DNA of 64,000 bases from Candidatus Iainarchaeum sp. (GTDB lineage Archaea > Iainarchaeota > Iainarchaeia > Iainarchaeales > DTGL01): positions 1 through 64,000 of the forward strand of contig JAOAJX010000004.1 of the NCBI GenBank assembly GCA_026413945.1. The letters are read 5' to 3'. Positions 10,109 through 20,120 of the stretch are shown here, piece by piece. Position numbers and translations under genes: made by a program. Position 1 is the first letter of the stretch, and each line of letters begins with the position of its first letter. The notes beneath the pieces were generated by a model. That model worked only from the letters and a program-made list of their open reading frames with translations. It made no database searches and was not told the origin of the DNA.

Positions 10109-10840
10109 TCAAAACGATAAAATCTTTACATCTCTTGCATCCTTTATCTCTTTATTCAGGTCTACAACAGCAACTCTTCTTGGCAGTGGATAGTATTTAG
10201 AAGTGAACAGTGTTATGCATCTCATATTATAGCCAAACAGTGGTGCATTGGGCTGATGTGCCCTTATCAGCAGATTCATCTTACATGAAAGCATAACCTT
10301 ATCAAAATGTTCTTTGCTGTATTTAGGCCTCCCAGAGCAAAGGTGAATTCCCTTTAACTCTTCATCAAACTCGAAATCACCCCATGTAATTGCTTTCCAA
10401 TCATCACTGCCTAAAGCAATTCTTTCAATTTCTCTAACACTCTTTATATTTGGCAAAGATCCGTGCAAAGCGATTATGCAATTTTTCGCTACAGCAACTA
10501 GAGGAAGACTCAAAAGCAAAGATGAATAATACTTGTACTCTTCTTTACTCAAAGATGCCCAAAACTCGTCAGGTGAAAATGGTTTAATGCTATGTGCCTC
10601 ATGGTTCCCCATCAAAAGAAAAACATTGTCTGGATGCTTTTCTTTCATCTCTAAAAGATAATCTAAATTTTCCCTTGAAAATTCGCCTCTGTCAACATAG
10701 TCGCCGAGGAGTATTATATTGGTATCTTTATCAAGAAATCTGGAAAAAACTTCTTTTGATGCCTCGACATCACCATGAGTGTCACCTACAAAAACAGCGC
10801 GTTTTCCGGCATTTATTTCTACTAGTCTGCTTTTCAGCAT
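10109..10840 (-). CDS. PPP-family Ser/Thr protein phosphatase (calcineurin-like metallophosphoesterase)
   Basis: GDTHGD, GDYVDRG, GNHE, HG, RAHQ, TLFTS motifs. Confidence 0.88.
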   Translation of the reverse strand: MLKSRLVEINAGKRAVFVGDTHGDVEASKEVFSRFLDKDTNIILLGDYVDRGEFSRENLDYLLEMKEKHPDNVFLLMGNHEAHSIKPFSPDEFWASLSKEEYKYYSSLLLSLPLVAVAKNCIIALHGSLPNIKSVREIERIALGSDDWKAITWGDFEFDEELKGIHLCSGRPKYSKEHFDKVMLSCKMNLLIRAHQPNAPLFGYNMRCITLFTSKYYPLPRRVAVVDLNKEIKDARDVKILSF

Positions 10841-10891
10841 AAAAATCTATAGTTAGAAAATAAAAAAGTAAAAAAATGGTAATAAAAAGTA

Positions 10892-13534
10892 TTAGCCATA
10901 TGTCGGTGGGCTTTCTATCCCAACCTTAGAGCTCACAAAATCTGACGGCAATGGCTTTCCATCTCTATCTGTACCGCCGCCAATAGCAGTGAAGGTATAT
11001 TCGCCACGCTCTCCAATATTTATGGGGATTACAACATTGCCAGTTGCGGTACATGTCTCTGATCTTCCTGACAACGTATTTCTACAAACCTTTTCAATAT
11101 TTGTACCCCACGGACCACTAATCTTAATATGAGTTTGCGAAGTTCTGACTTGACAATTGATAGTGGCAGTTAAAGTTATGGTGCTACCAGGATATGCAAC
11201 ACGTGGAGAGATTGTGAAACTTGAAATTGAACAAGGTATTTCAGATGAAACAAAGTATGAAGTGTTTGCATTTATTGATAAACTCTTATCTGATGCATCT
11301 GTTATCGTCGCTTCTGCTAAAGCTGCTTTTGAGGTGTTTGGTTCTGTACTGGCAGGTATAAATACATTCATGCTATGAGAACACCCAGATACAGTACCAA
11401 TACATATCGTCGTCCAAGGGAAACATACTCCAAATCCACAAGATCTACTAGAACTCTTGCCATCAGATGATATTTTTATTTCAATTTTTGGATAGTTAGT
11501 TGGGCAGCTAACATTAGCTGTTAAAGTTGTATCACCACCTCTAAGAACATAAGTAGGTGAAGCTAAAAGGCTCATGTAGCAAGCTTGTGGAGACGTAACT
11601 ACCTGTGTTGTATAAGAGCTGGCGTAATTTGAAACATCGCCATCATTTTCTGTAACTGAGGCTTCTGCTGTTAATATATATAGTACACCATCTTCTTCGT
11701 TTATGGGTATGACTGCACTAACATCAGCAGTATTGCTAACAGCTGGAGACCCAGTAGTTACACTCCTAAGTACATATGGATTGCTGTTAACACATTTAGT
11801 TGGTTCTAGAGCTGTGGCTTTGCTTAAACACAAATTTATACTTAGCGAACGGATGTTTTCCCCGTATTCACATTCAATTTTAGCTGTTGCTTTGATTTCA
11901 GAGCCTGGGATAAATTTTTCTTTAGGCACTTCTAACCATGATATGCTGCAACTATTTGAAGATAGAATCTCGAAACTAGCTTTAGCTGGGCCTATTTTAA
12001 TGGAAGCACCAGTGGTATCAACAACAGTTGCTTCTGCTTCAAAATATTTGAGCCCGGGTGGTTCTTTAAGTTTTACATAATAGGGCATTGATAACGAACC
12101 TGAGTTCGAAGAGAAAGATGATATTTTGTCTTTCTTCCCATCTGGTGCGGACATATCTATGGTAATTTTATTAACCTTTACACCACTAGCACAAGAAACT
12201 TCGGCATTTGCTGTTACTTTCTGGCCGCGTTTAACTTGTGCTGGTTCTACAACTATATTTAGACCACAAGGAGCTGAATAAACCACAACACTAGCAGAAG
12301 CCTTGAGGTTTAACGGTATAGTGCTGCTTGTACTATAAACAGTTGTACTAACATTTACAATATATGCGCCGGGTTTTGCAGAAAGCGGAACATTAATAGA
12401 ATAGGTTTCACTGTAACTGGCTGTTCCGCCAGTTCCGCCAATTGCTGACGCCAAACTGGTAGAAAAAGCATATTGCTTTCCAGAAAATGGATCATCAATT
12501 TGACCAGAAAATGTAATTTTTTGGTTACAACTTATCTCAACGGATGCATTAACTTTGCCACCAGAAGCAACAACTTTAGGATCAGCGCTAACTGACAAAT
12601 TGCATTTGAGCTCATTAGTGTCTGTAGGCACATTTTTATCACATTTCAGGAAAGTATAGCAGCTTCTAGAACTATCCCATCCACAAACTACGCTGTCATA
12701 GGGACAATTGGGGGCAGCATTACCTTTTTTGCAAGTTGCATAGTCGTAATAGCATGCTGGCGTTGGAGTTGGTGTTTTTGTTGGGGTTGGTTTGACGCAC
12801 AAAGAATTGTCACATTTTGCAAATGCGTAACAATAATGATTTGGATGATAATCGCAAACTACAGCATCTTCACAATTGCACTTGCTTGAATTGTTTACCA
12901 TACATTGTGTTGGTGTGGCAACGCAACCTTCTGGTGGGCACAAATTGTTATCACAACTGTCAAAAGTGTAACATTTATGGGTGCTATTGTATTTACATTT
13001 TACTGCTTGCTGACATGAACATTTTGATGCGTTTTGAGTATAACAGCTTCCGTAATAATCATAACAATCAGATGGCTTAGAACATTTTGAGTTATTGCAT
13101 GAAGAAAACATGTAGCAATCGTAATTCCAATTGTAAGTGCAATTTACTGCATCATAACAAGCACACTTGTTTGCATTGGCTGATGCGCACTCATAGCTCC
13201 AGTTGTAGCAATTAGTTGGCTTCGGAGTTGGTGTAGAGCCAATCCAGCTGCAACCTGCAACTTTGCAAGTAAATTCATTTCCATAGTTATAACATGCGTT
13301 AGGAGTTCCTGTACAATAATCGAAATCCCATATGCAACCAGCCCCAGTGCATCCAGAGCGCTCAATCCAATAGCTGCACGGATGTGGAGTGCCGACGCAA
13401 GAATTAGAAGATAGGGAGGCGATTACAAATCCTGTTTGATCCTTTTCTTTTGATAAGTTATAGCCAACATAAAAATACAAAAATAAAAATGTTAAAAAAA
13501 TGGCAATTACCACAAAAGCTTTAGTGTATTTCAT
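10892..13534 (-). CDS. Membrane-anchored/secreted Cys-rich repeat protein with tandem Ig-like beta-sandwich domains
   Basis: N-terminal hydrophobic helix, Cys repeats, PT linkers, about five ~110-aa beta-rich repeats starting C.(L/I)...P....(P/R/S)G. Confidence 0.75.
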   Translation of the reverse strand: MKYTKAFVVIAIFLTFLFLYFYVGYNLSKEKDQTGFVIASLSSNSCVGTPHPCSYWIERSGCTGAGCIWDFDYCTGTPNACYNYGNEFTCKVAGCSWIGSTPTPKPTNCYNWSYECASANANKCACYDAVNCTYNWNYDCYMFSSCNNSKCSKPSDCYDYYGSCYTQNASKCSCQQAVKCKYNSTHKCYTFDSCDNNLCPPEGCVATPTQCMVNNSSKCNCEDAVVCDYHPNHYCYAFAKCDNSLCVKPTPTKTPTPTPACYYDYATCKKGNAAPNCPYDSVVCGWDSSRSCYTFLKCDKNVPTDTNELKCNLSVSADPKVVASGGKVNASVEISCNQKITFSGQIDDPFSGKQYAFSTSLASAIGGTGGTASYSETYSINVPLSAKPGAYIVNVSTTVYSTSSTIPLNLKASASVVVYSAPCGLNIVVEPAQVKRGQKVTANAEVSCASGVKVNKITIDMSAPDGKKDKISSFSSNSGSLSMPYYVKLKEPPGLKYFEAEATVVDTTGASIKIGPAKASFEILSSNSCSISWLEVPKEKFIPGSEIKATAKIECEYGENIRSLSINLCLSKATALEPTKCVNSNPYVLRSVTTGSPAVSNTADVSAVIPINEEDGVLYILTAEASVTENDGDVSNYASSYTTQVVTSPQACYMSLLASPTYVLRGGDTTLTANVSCPTNYPKIEIKISSDGKSSSRSCGFGVCFPWTTICIGTVSGCSHSMNVFIPASTEPNTSKAALAEATITDASDKSLSINANTSYFVSSEIPCSISSFTISPRVAYPGSTITLTATINCQVRTSQTHIKISGPWGTNIEKVCRNTLSGRSETCTATGNVVIPINIGERGEYTFTAIGGGTDRDGKPLPSDFVSSKVGIESPPTYG

Positions 13535-13677
13535 AAAGACACCACATTAATATGGATGAATAATATGTAAAGTAGTATTTAAATTTTTCCTCAAGAAGTT
13601 AAAATAGATTATGATTCTCAGTGCAATTTATTTATATTGGCTAAAAAGCAAAACCCATTATGCTTTATCCTAAAAAA

Positions 13678-13751
13678 AGCCCGAGGCGGGATTTGAACCC
13701 GCGGCCCCCGACTTACGAGGTCGGTGCTCTCGCCAGCTGAGCTACTCGGGC
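13678..13751 (-). tRNA. tRNA-Thr(CGT)
   Basis: Cloverleaf GCCCGAG..CTCGGGC, anticodon arm CCGAC-CTCGTAA-GTCGG, GTTCAAAT T-loop; no encoded CCA. Confidence 0.95.
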
Positions 13752-13765
13752 ATAGCAAAAATTAC

Positions 13766-15262
13766 TCATTTGATATCTTCAAATCTTATCTTGCTTATTG
13801 AAAGCTTCCAGAGAAGCTCCGGCAGGGCATATATTTTAATGCGCTTCTGTGCCATTGTGTTGCGCTCTCTTAGTGTAATGGTGTCATCATTTAGCGTATC
13901 ATAATCTATTGTTATAGCGTAAGGCACGCCAATCTCATCAACTCTTGCATAGCGCCTTCCTATAGAGCCTTTTTCATCGTAGACACAAAAAAAGCCATGG
14001 CTTTCAAGATATTGGAAAACCTCTTCTGCTTTTGTGTCAATGTTATCCTTATTAACAAGCGGGAAAACTGCAACAAAGTATGGTGCTAACTGAGGCCTTA
14101 GATCAAGGTAAAGGCGCTCTTCTTTTCCACGGGTTTCCTTTCTTATTGCCTGATCCAAAACCGCATAAAAAGTCCTATCTATGCCTGCTGAAAGCTCGAA
14201 TACGTGAGGAATAAACTCTTTGCTGTCTTCTTTGACGCTAAGGTCTTTCTTACTTCCTTGCGCATGGCCTTTTAAGTCATAATCAGTGCGATAATTGCAA
14301 GCCACTAGCTCAGTCCATCCAACATCAAGCAACACTTCAAAATCCCAGCTTTCCTTTGAGTAAAATGCCTTCTCATCATCGGTGAGTTGCCTGAAGCGCA
14401 TCTTTTCTTTTGCAATACCGCATTTCTCATAAAACTGCTGCAACCTTGCAAGCCAGTAGGCAATTAGTTTCCCTGAAACAATCTTTTTTGAAACTGCTTC
14501 TTTGCAGGAAACATCATCAACCTTATTAGAGCTAAGCGACTGTAACCTAAGCTTGTAACCTGCAACTTCCTCGAACTTTTCAAATTCATTGATCCTCTCA
14601 GGATTAAAAAAGATTTCAATCTCCATCTGCCCAAGTTCGCGTTCTCTAAGCAAAGTTTGCTTTGGTGCAATCTCATTCCTGAAAGATGAGCCTGCCTGTG
14701 CAATTCCTATCGGCAGGTTTTCCCTACCAGACCTATAAATTCTCTGGAAATCAAGGAAGATGTTTTGACATGTTTCTGGTCGCAGAAAACATTCCTGGCT
14801 TTGAGTTGCACCTATGCGCAATGACATCATCATGTTAAAAAGCTTTACATTACCCAAAGCACCTTTGCATTTTGGGCAAAAAATCTTTTCTTGTGAAATA
14901 AGCAAATCCATTTCTTTTGGAGACATTGCTTCAGCTACTGGTTTTCCTATTTTTTCCTCAATAAGTGAGTTTGCTTTGTGAAAGGAGTGACATTTTGTGC
15001 ATTGTACAATTGGGTCATTAAAAGATTTTAGATGCCCAGAAGCTTCAAAAACTTCTCGCGGCAAAACTACAGAACCATGTATTTCAAAAAGACGCTCTTT
15101 CTCAAGAAGCTCACGGCGCCAAAAAGCAACTATGTTGTTCCTTATCCGCACCCCTACTGGGCCAAACTCCCAAAAGCCCGCTGGTGCACCCGCGTATATC
15201 TCAGCAGCGGGATAAAAAAGCATTCGCCTAAAAGCAAGGTTTTGAAGCTCTTCTTTCGGCAT
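13766..15262 (-). CDS. glyS: Glycine--tRNA ligase (archaeal/eukaryotic homodimeric type)
   Basis: ASGH, LRPETCQNIF, SFRNEI, GSIGRRYARVDEIG. Confidence 0.95.
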   Translation of the reverse strand: MPKEELQNLAFRRMLFYPAAEIYAGAPAGFWEFGPVGVRIRNNIVAFWRRELLEKERLFEIHGSVVLPREVFEASGHLKSFNDPIVQCTKCHSFHKANSLIEEKIGKPVAEAMSPKEMDLLISQEKIFCPKCKGALGNVKLFNMMMSLRIGATQSQECFLRPETCQNIFLDFQRIYRSGRENLPIGIAQAGSSFRNEIAPKQTLLRERELGQMEIEIFFNPERINEFEKFEEVAGYKLRLQSLSSNKVDDVSCKEAVSKKIVSGKLIAYWLARLQQFYEKCGIAKEKMRFRQLTDDEKAFYSKESWDFEVLLDVGWTELVACNYRTDYDLKGHAQGSKKDLSVKEDSKEFIPHVFELSAGIDRTFYAVLDQAIRKETRGKEERLYLDLRPQLAPYFVAVFPLVNKDNIDTKAEEVFQYLESHGFFCVYDEKGSIGRRYARVDEIGVPYAITIDYDTLNDDTITLRERNTMAQKRIKIYALPELLWKLSISKIRFEDIK

Positions 15263-15326
15263 AAAAATACCCAGTGTGTAAAAAAAGGTTACCGCAAAGT
15301 GTTTTAAATGGTTTCTTGCTTATTTT

Positions 15327-16133
15327 TTGGTTAGGCCTATGAACGCAGAGCAGCTGAGAAAAAAAATATTGGAAAAAACAAAAAAGCAAGTTAGAGAGAA
15401 GCTAAGCGGCAAAGAAACGCACATAACAAAAGCTATGAATGCGTTAGAAGACCTTGAGCTCATGTTCAACATGCTATTTGAAGACGTGCGCGAGTGGTAT
15501 TCATTGCATTTTCCGGAGCTCTTTTCGGTAGTCAAAGACCCTGATAAGTGCCTTTTGCTAATATCAGAGCTCGGCCAGAGAGAAAATTTCAAAAAAAATG
15601 AAATCGAAAAGCTCTATAGCAACCCTGAAGCCGTTGCCTTACTCGAAGAAAAAGCAAAAAACAGCATTGGCGGAAAAGCAAGCAAAGAAAATATTGCGCA
15701 AATTTCATCTGTAGCAAAAAAAGCGCTTGAGTTAAGGAAACAAAAGGATGAGCTTGCTTCACATATTGAGAGAGAGATGCTTGAGCAGACACCGAACCTT
15801 GCAAAGGTTGCTGGGCCTATGCTTGGCGCAAAGCTCTTGTGCCATGCCAAGTCACTTAAGAAACTTGCTTTTGTGCCATCGTCAACAATACAGCTTATGG
15901 GTGCCGAAAAGGCATTGTTCAAGCACCTAAGGAAAGGTACAAAGCCTCCGAAGCATGGCATCATATTCCAGCATCCGCTTATGAGGCGCGTAAGGAAAGA
16001 AAACCGAGGAAAGATGGCAAGAGCTCTTGCAAATAAGATAAGCATTGCGGCAAAAGAGGATTACTTTGGAAAAAATGACATAAGTCAAGAGCTTATAAAA
16101 GAGCTGGAAGAAAAGGCAAAGATGCTAACATAA
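15327..16133 (+). CDS. nop5: C/D box sRNP protein Nop5 (Nop56/58), N-terminally short
   Basis: REWYSLHFPEL, PSSTIQLMGAEKALF, PKHGIIFQHP. Confidence 0.92.
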   Translation: MVRPMNAEQLRKKILEKTKKQVREKLSGKETHITKAMNALEDLELMFNMLFEDVREWYSLHFPELFSVVKDPDKCLLLISELGQRENFKKNEIEKLYSNPEAVALLEEKAKNSIGGKASKENIAQISSVAKKALELRKQKDELASHIEREMLEQTPNLAKVAGPMLGAKLLCHAKSLKKLAFVPSSTIQLMGAEKALFKHLRKGTKPPKHGIIFQHPLMRRVRKENRGKMARALANKISIAAKEDYFGKNDISQELIKELEEKAKMLT

Positions 16134-16206
16134 TTGGCATTCTTTCAGCGGAAAAATACACGAAAATAATAAATAGATCAAGTGCGATATTATTAGTGGT
16201 GATGCA

Positions 16207-16980
16207 ATGAGATATGAAAAATTCTTTATTATTTGTATACTTTTTGTTGTATTTTTATCTGTTTCCGTTTTTGCCTTAGCTGGAAAAAATGCTGCGAATG
16301 AAAGAGAAAATCCATTTTTGCAAATCAAAGAAAAAGACGAAGAGCCAATGTCTATGGCTCTTGAGAAGATTATAATCCTGCACTATGCAAATGGAAAGTT
16401 TAAGGTAGAGTCAGGAAGAACAAGAGAAACAACATGCTATGGATTTCTGGGAAAAGATTTGAGATGGAAAACAACGATTAATTACTACATAAACCCTGCA
16501 AACAATCAAGGATTAAGCCAAGACTTTATTACTACTGCAATTGATATTGCTGCAGATGAATGGGACAAATACACTTCTACAGCTCTTTTTGGGAATTACC
16601 AAATTGATGAAACTGCAAACTGGGATGATGCAAAACCCGATGGCAGAACAGAGATGTCATTTGGCAATTACAAACAAAACGGGGTTATTGCAGTAACGGT
16701 TATTTGGGGAGTTTTTAGTGGCAGAAACAAACAGATAACTGAATTTGATATACTATTTGACACTGATTTCAGGTGGGGAGACGCAACTGCAGACCCAACA
16801 AAAATGGACTTGCAAAATATTGCAACACACGAGATAGGTCATGGTTTGGGACTGAAGGATCTGTATAACACAGCATGCGCAGAAGAGACGATGTACGGTT
16901 ATTCCAGTGAGGGTGAAACAAAGAAAAGAGATTTAGGCAATGGAGATATAATAGGGCTGAGGACACTTTACGGAAGCTAA
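16207..16980 (+). CDS. Secreted matrixin-family (M10) zinc metalloprotease
   Basis: Signal peptide; DLQNIATHEIGHGLGLKD zinc motif; Met-turn TMY; DIIGLRTLYG. Confidence 0.88.
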   Translation: MRYEKFFIICILFVVFLSVSVFALAGKNAANERENPFLQIKEKDEEPMSMALEKIIILHYANGKFKVESGRTRETTCYGFLGKDLRWKTTINYYINPANNQGLSQDFITTAIDIAADEWDKYTSTALFGNYQIDETANWDDAKPDGRTEMSFGNYKQNGVIAVTVIWGVFSGRNKQITEFDILFDTDFRWGDATADPTKMDLQNIATHEIGHGLGLKDLYNTACAEETMYGYSSEGETKKRDLGNGDIIGLRTLYGS

Positions 16981-17067
16981 GGTCAATAGGATTTAGCAGG
17001 AATTGATGAGGAAACTTTTCTCATACATAATTTCTTTTTTTATTTGTTTTTATTCTTTTTTTAAATT

Positions 17068-17730
17068 ATGCGTGAGATTTTCCACGGTGTTTACAAATGG
17101 CAGGAAAAGCTCTGGACAAAAAATCTTGTGCCTGGGCAAAGAGTTTATGGCGAAAAGCTTGCTGTTTATAATGGGGTTGAGTACCGCGAATGGAATCCTT
17201 TCAGGTCAAAACTCGCTGCAGCCATAAAGAAGAAGCTTAAGAGTTTACCATTATATGATGGCTCGAAGGTGCTTTACTTGGGCGTAGCAGAAGGCACCAC
17301 TGCTTCACATATTAGCGATATAATCGGCAGCCGTGGAGTAATTTTGGGAATAGATATAAGTGAGAAATGTATCGCAAAGCTTGTGCAAGTTTCGGAGGAA
17401 AGAAAAAACATATTGCCGTTGGCTGCAGATGCTAACAGGCCTGAAACCTATGCTGAATATGCTAAGGAAATAATGCCAGATATTATTTATCAGGATATTG
17501 CTCAAAAAAACCAAGTCGAGATACTTGAAAAAAACGCAAGGTTTTTCCTGGGAAAGGGTAATTTTGCGATGCTTGCACTTAAGGCACCAAGCATTGATTC
17601 AACATCTAATGCAAAAAGGGTTTTTAGTGAGCAGGAGAGCATGCTTGAAAGAAGTTTTGAGATAAGTGAAAAAATACCACTTGAACCTTTTGAAAAAAAG
17701 CATAGGTTTTACTTGTTGGTGAGAAAATAA
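17068..17730 (+). CDS. flpA: Fibrillarin-like rRNA/tRNA 2'-O-methyltransferase
   Basis: YREWNPFRSKLAAAI, VLYLG...GTT.SHISDI, IYQDIAQ. Confidence 0.95.
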   Translation: MREIFHGVYKWQEKLWTKNLVPGQRVYGEKLAVYNGVEYREWNPFRSKLAAAIKKKLKSLPLYDGSKVLYLGVAEGTTASHISDIIGSRGVILGIDISEKCIAKLVQVSEERKNILPLAADANRPETYAEYAKEIMPDIIYQDIAQKNQVEILEKNARFFLGKGNFAMLALKAPSIDSTSNAKRVFSEQESMLERSFEISEKIPLEPFEKKHRFYLLVRK

Positions 17731-17869
17731 TTTAAATAGCATATACATAATAAGAGCATTGATATTGTTTTTATGCAAAAAAATCTAAAAAATCCTGCAA
17801 AGTTATGTTGAGTTTATGTAATGTTTATAAAGATGCACACACTTAATCATTATCGCTTGGCTTTTTTGG

Positions 17870-20002
17870 TTGGGTGGTAACATGGAAAAATTCCTGTCCA
17901 AAGTAAAGAAGCGCGACGGCCGAATTGTTCCATTTCAAAAGGAGAAAATAGAAGAAGCAATATGGAAAGCCGCAAAAGCTGTTGGCGGTGAGGACAGGAA
18001 GCTTGCCTCGAAACTTGCTGACAAAGTTGTGCATGAGCTTAAGAAAAAGTTTGGCACAAAAATTCCAACTGTAGAAGAAATACAAGACATGGTTGAAAAG
18101 GTGCTCATTGAAGAGGGCCATGCTAAAACGGCAAAAGCATATATTCTTTATAGGGCAAAAAGATCAGCTATAAGAGATACAAAAGCATTTCTTGCAAAGA
18201 CCGCTAACATAATAGAAGAATATATGAACCAAAAGGATTGGCGTGTAAGGGAAAATAGTAATGCGGGTTATTCATTAAGTGGCATGCAAGCAAGAATCTC
18301 TGAGGCAATTATTTCCGAATATACGCTAAAGCACATATACCCAGCAGAGATTTCAAAGGCACATAAACATGCAAGTTTCCACATACACGATCTTGGCGTG
18401 GGAACTTTTGCAGCTTACTGTGCGGGTTGGTCTTTAAAGCAATTGCTACAAGAGGGTTTTAATGGTGTGGAAGGCAAAGTAGCAGCTAGGCCGGCAAAGC
18501 ATTTCACTGCTGCTGTTGGACAGCTTGTAAACTTCATGGGAACTCTGCAAAACGAATGGGCTGGGGCCCAAGCTTTGAGTTCTTTTGATACATACCTGGC
18601 GCCTTTTGTGGCCAAAGATAAGCTTGATTATAAAAGGGTAAAGCAAGGCATGCAGGAATTTGTGTATTCTCTTAATGCAACATCTCGTTGGGGTAACCAG
18701 GTGCCATTTACAAACATTACACTTGACTGGAGCGTACCCAAGGATTTAAAGGATGTGCCGGCTGTATTTGGCGGAAAAGAAATAAGCGAAACATATGGAG
18801 AATTCCAACAAGAAATGGACTTAATAAATAGGGCTTTCATAGAAGTAATGATTGAAGGCGATATGAACGGGCGAATATTTACTTTTCCTATACCAACATA
18901 TAATATAACTAAGGACTTTGATTGGAACAGTGAAAATGCAGATTTGCTCTTTAAGATGACCTCTAGGTATGGTATACCTTATTTCCAAAACTTTGTGAAT
19001 TCTTCTCTTAAGCCAAGCGATGTAAGAAGCATGTGCTGCAGGCTTCAGCTCGATGTCAGAGAACTTCGCAATAAAACAGGCGGTCTTTTTGGGTCAGGAG
19101 AAAAAACCGGGTCAATAGGAGTTGTGACAATAAACATGCCACAAATAGCGCATTTAACAAAAGACGAGGATAAGTTTATTGAGAGACTTGATTATTTGAT
19201 GTATCTTGCAAAGGAATCTCTCGAGATAAAAAGGAAAGAAGTCGAAAAAAATATGAAAAACGGCTTATTGCCATGGACTAAAAGATATCTCGGCACTCTT
19301 GAATTTCATTTCTCAACAATTGGGCTTATAGGTATGAATGAGGCTTGCCTAAATCTTTTCGGCAAAAGCATCGCTAACAAGGATAGCAAAAAATTTGCTC
19401 TAAAAGTGCTTGATTTCATGCGCTCAAGGCTACAAGACTTCCAAGAGGAGACAGGAAACATATACAATTTAGAAGCCACACCGGGTGAAGGCGCATCGTA
19501 TCGTTTGGCGAGAATAGATGTTAAGAATTATCCTGATATTATAACAGCCGGTACAAAAGAAGCCCCATATTATACGAATTCAACACATCTGCCAGTTGGA
19601 TATACTGATGACATATTTGAAGCTTTAGATCACCAAGATGAGTTGCAATGTAAATACACTGGTGGAACAGTATTGCATGGTTTTATAGGCGAAGAGATGC
19701 CTGATTCAGAAGCATGCAAAAAGCTTGTTAGGGCTATCGCACATAATTATAAACTCCCATATTTTACGATAACACCAACTTTCAGTGTATGCCCAGTGCA
19801 TGGCTATATAGCCGGAAAGCATTACACATGCCCTGCGGATATTGACGGTGGCCAACCAACGAAATGTGGGAAAAGAGCTGAGGTTTATAGCAGAGTTGTA
19901 GGCTATTACAGACCTGTGCAAAACTGGAACACTGGAAAACAACGTGAGTTCGAGGAAAGAAAGCCGTATGATGTAATAAAAGCACTTGAGAAGACAAAGT
20001 AA
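17870..20002 (+). CDS. nrdD: Anaerobic (class III) ribonucleoside-triphosphate reductase with ATP cone
   Basis: VKKRDG ATP cone, HIHDL, YCAG, SMCCRL, glycyl radical loop YSRVVGYYRP. Confidence 0.95.
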   Translation: MGGNMEKFLSKVKKRDGRIVPFQKEKIEEAIWKAAKAVGGEDRKLASKLADKVVHELKKKFGTKIPTVEEIQDMVEKVLIEEGHAKTAKAYILYRAKRSAIRDTKAFLAKTANIIEEYMNQKDWRVRENSNAGYSLSGMQARISEAIISEYTLKHIYPAEISKAHKHASFHIHDLGVGTFAAYCAGWSLKQLLQEGFNGVEGKVAARPAKHFTAAVGQLVNFMGTLQNEWAGAQALSSFDTYLAPFVAKDKLDYKRVKQGMQEFVYSLNATSRWGNQVPFTNITLDWSVPKDLKDVPAVFGGKEISETYGEFQQEMDLINRAFIEVMIEGDMNGRIFTFPIPTYNITKDFDWNSENADLLFKMTSRYGIPYFQNFVNSSLKPSDVRSMCCRLQLDVRELRNKTGGLFGSGEKTGSIGVVTINMPQIAHLTKDEDKFIERLDYLMYLAKESLEIKRKEVEKNMKNGLLPWTKRYLGTLEFHFSTIGLIGMNEACLNLFGKSIANKDSKKFALKVLDFMRSRLQDFQEETGNIYNLEATPGEGASYRLARIDVKNYPDIITAGTKEAPYYTNSTHLPVGYTDDIFEALDHQDELQCKYTGGTVLHGFIGEEMPDSEACKKLVRAIAHNYKLPYFTITPTFSVCPVHGYIAGKHYTCPADIDGGQPTKCGKRAEVYSRVVGYYRPVQNWNTGKQREFEERKPYDVIKALEKTK

Positions 20003-20120
20003 AGCAGAAAATGAAGGCGCAGATGCAGAGAAACTCATTTTAGGTTTAAGGCTTTGGCCGAAGCCACGATGAAGCATTAAAACCTTTTGTAAATGAATAG
20101 TTATTGCTAAAGGTGGTTTT

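Noticed and set aside
17870-20002. Intein or intron in NrdD (also checked Top6, Rio1 and the aaRS genes)
   Set aside because: Lengths are normal and no splice-junction or homing-endonuclease motifs are seen
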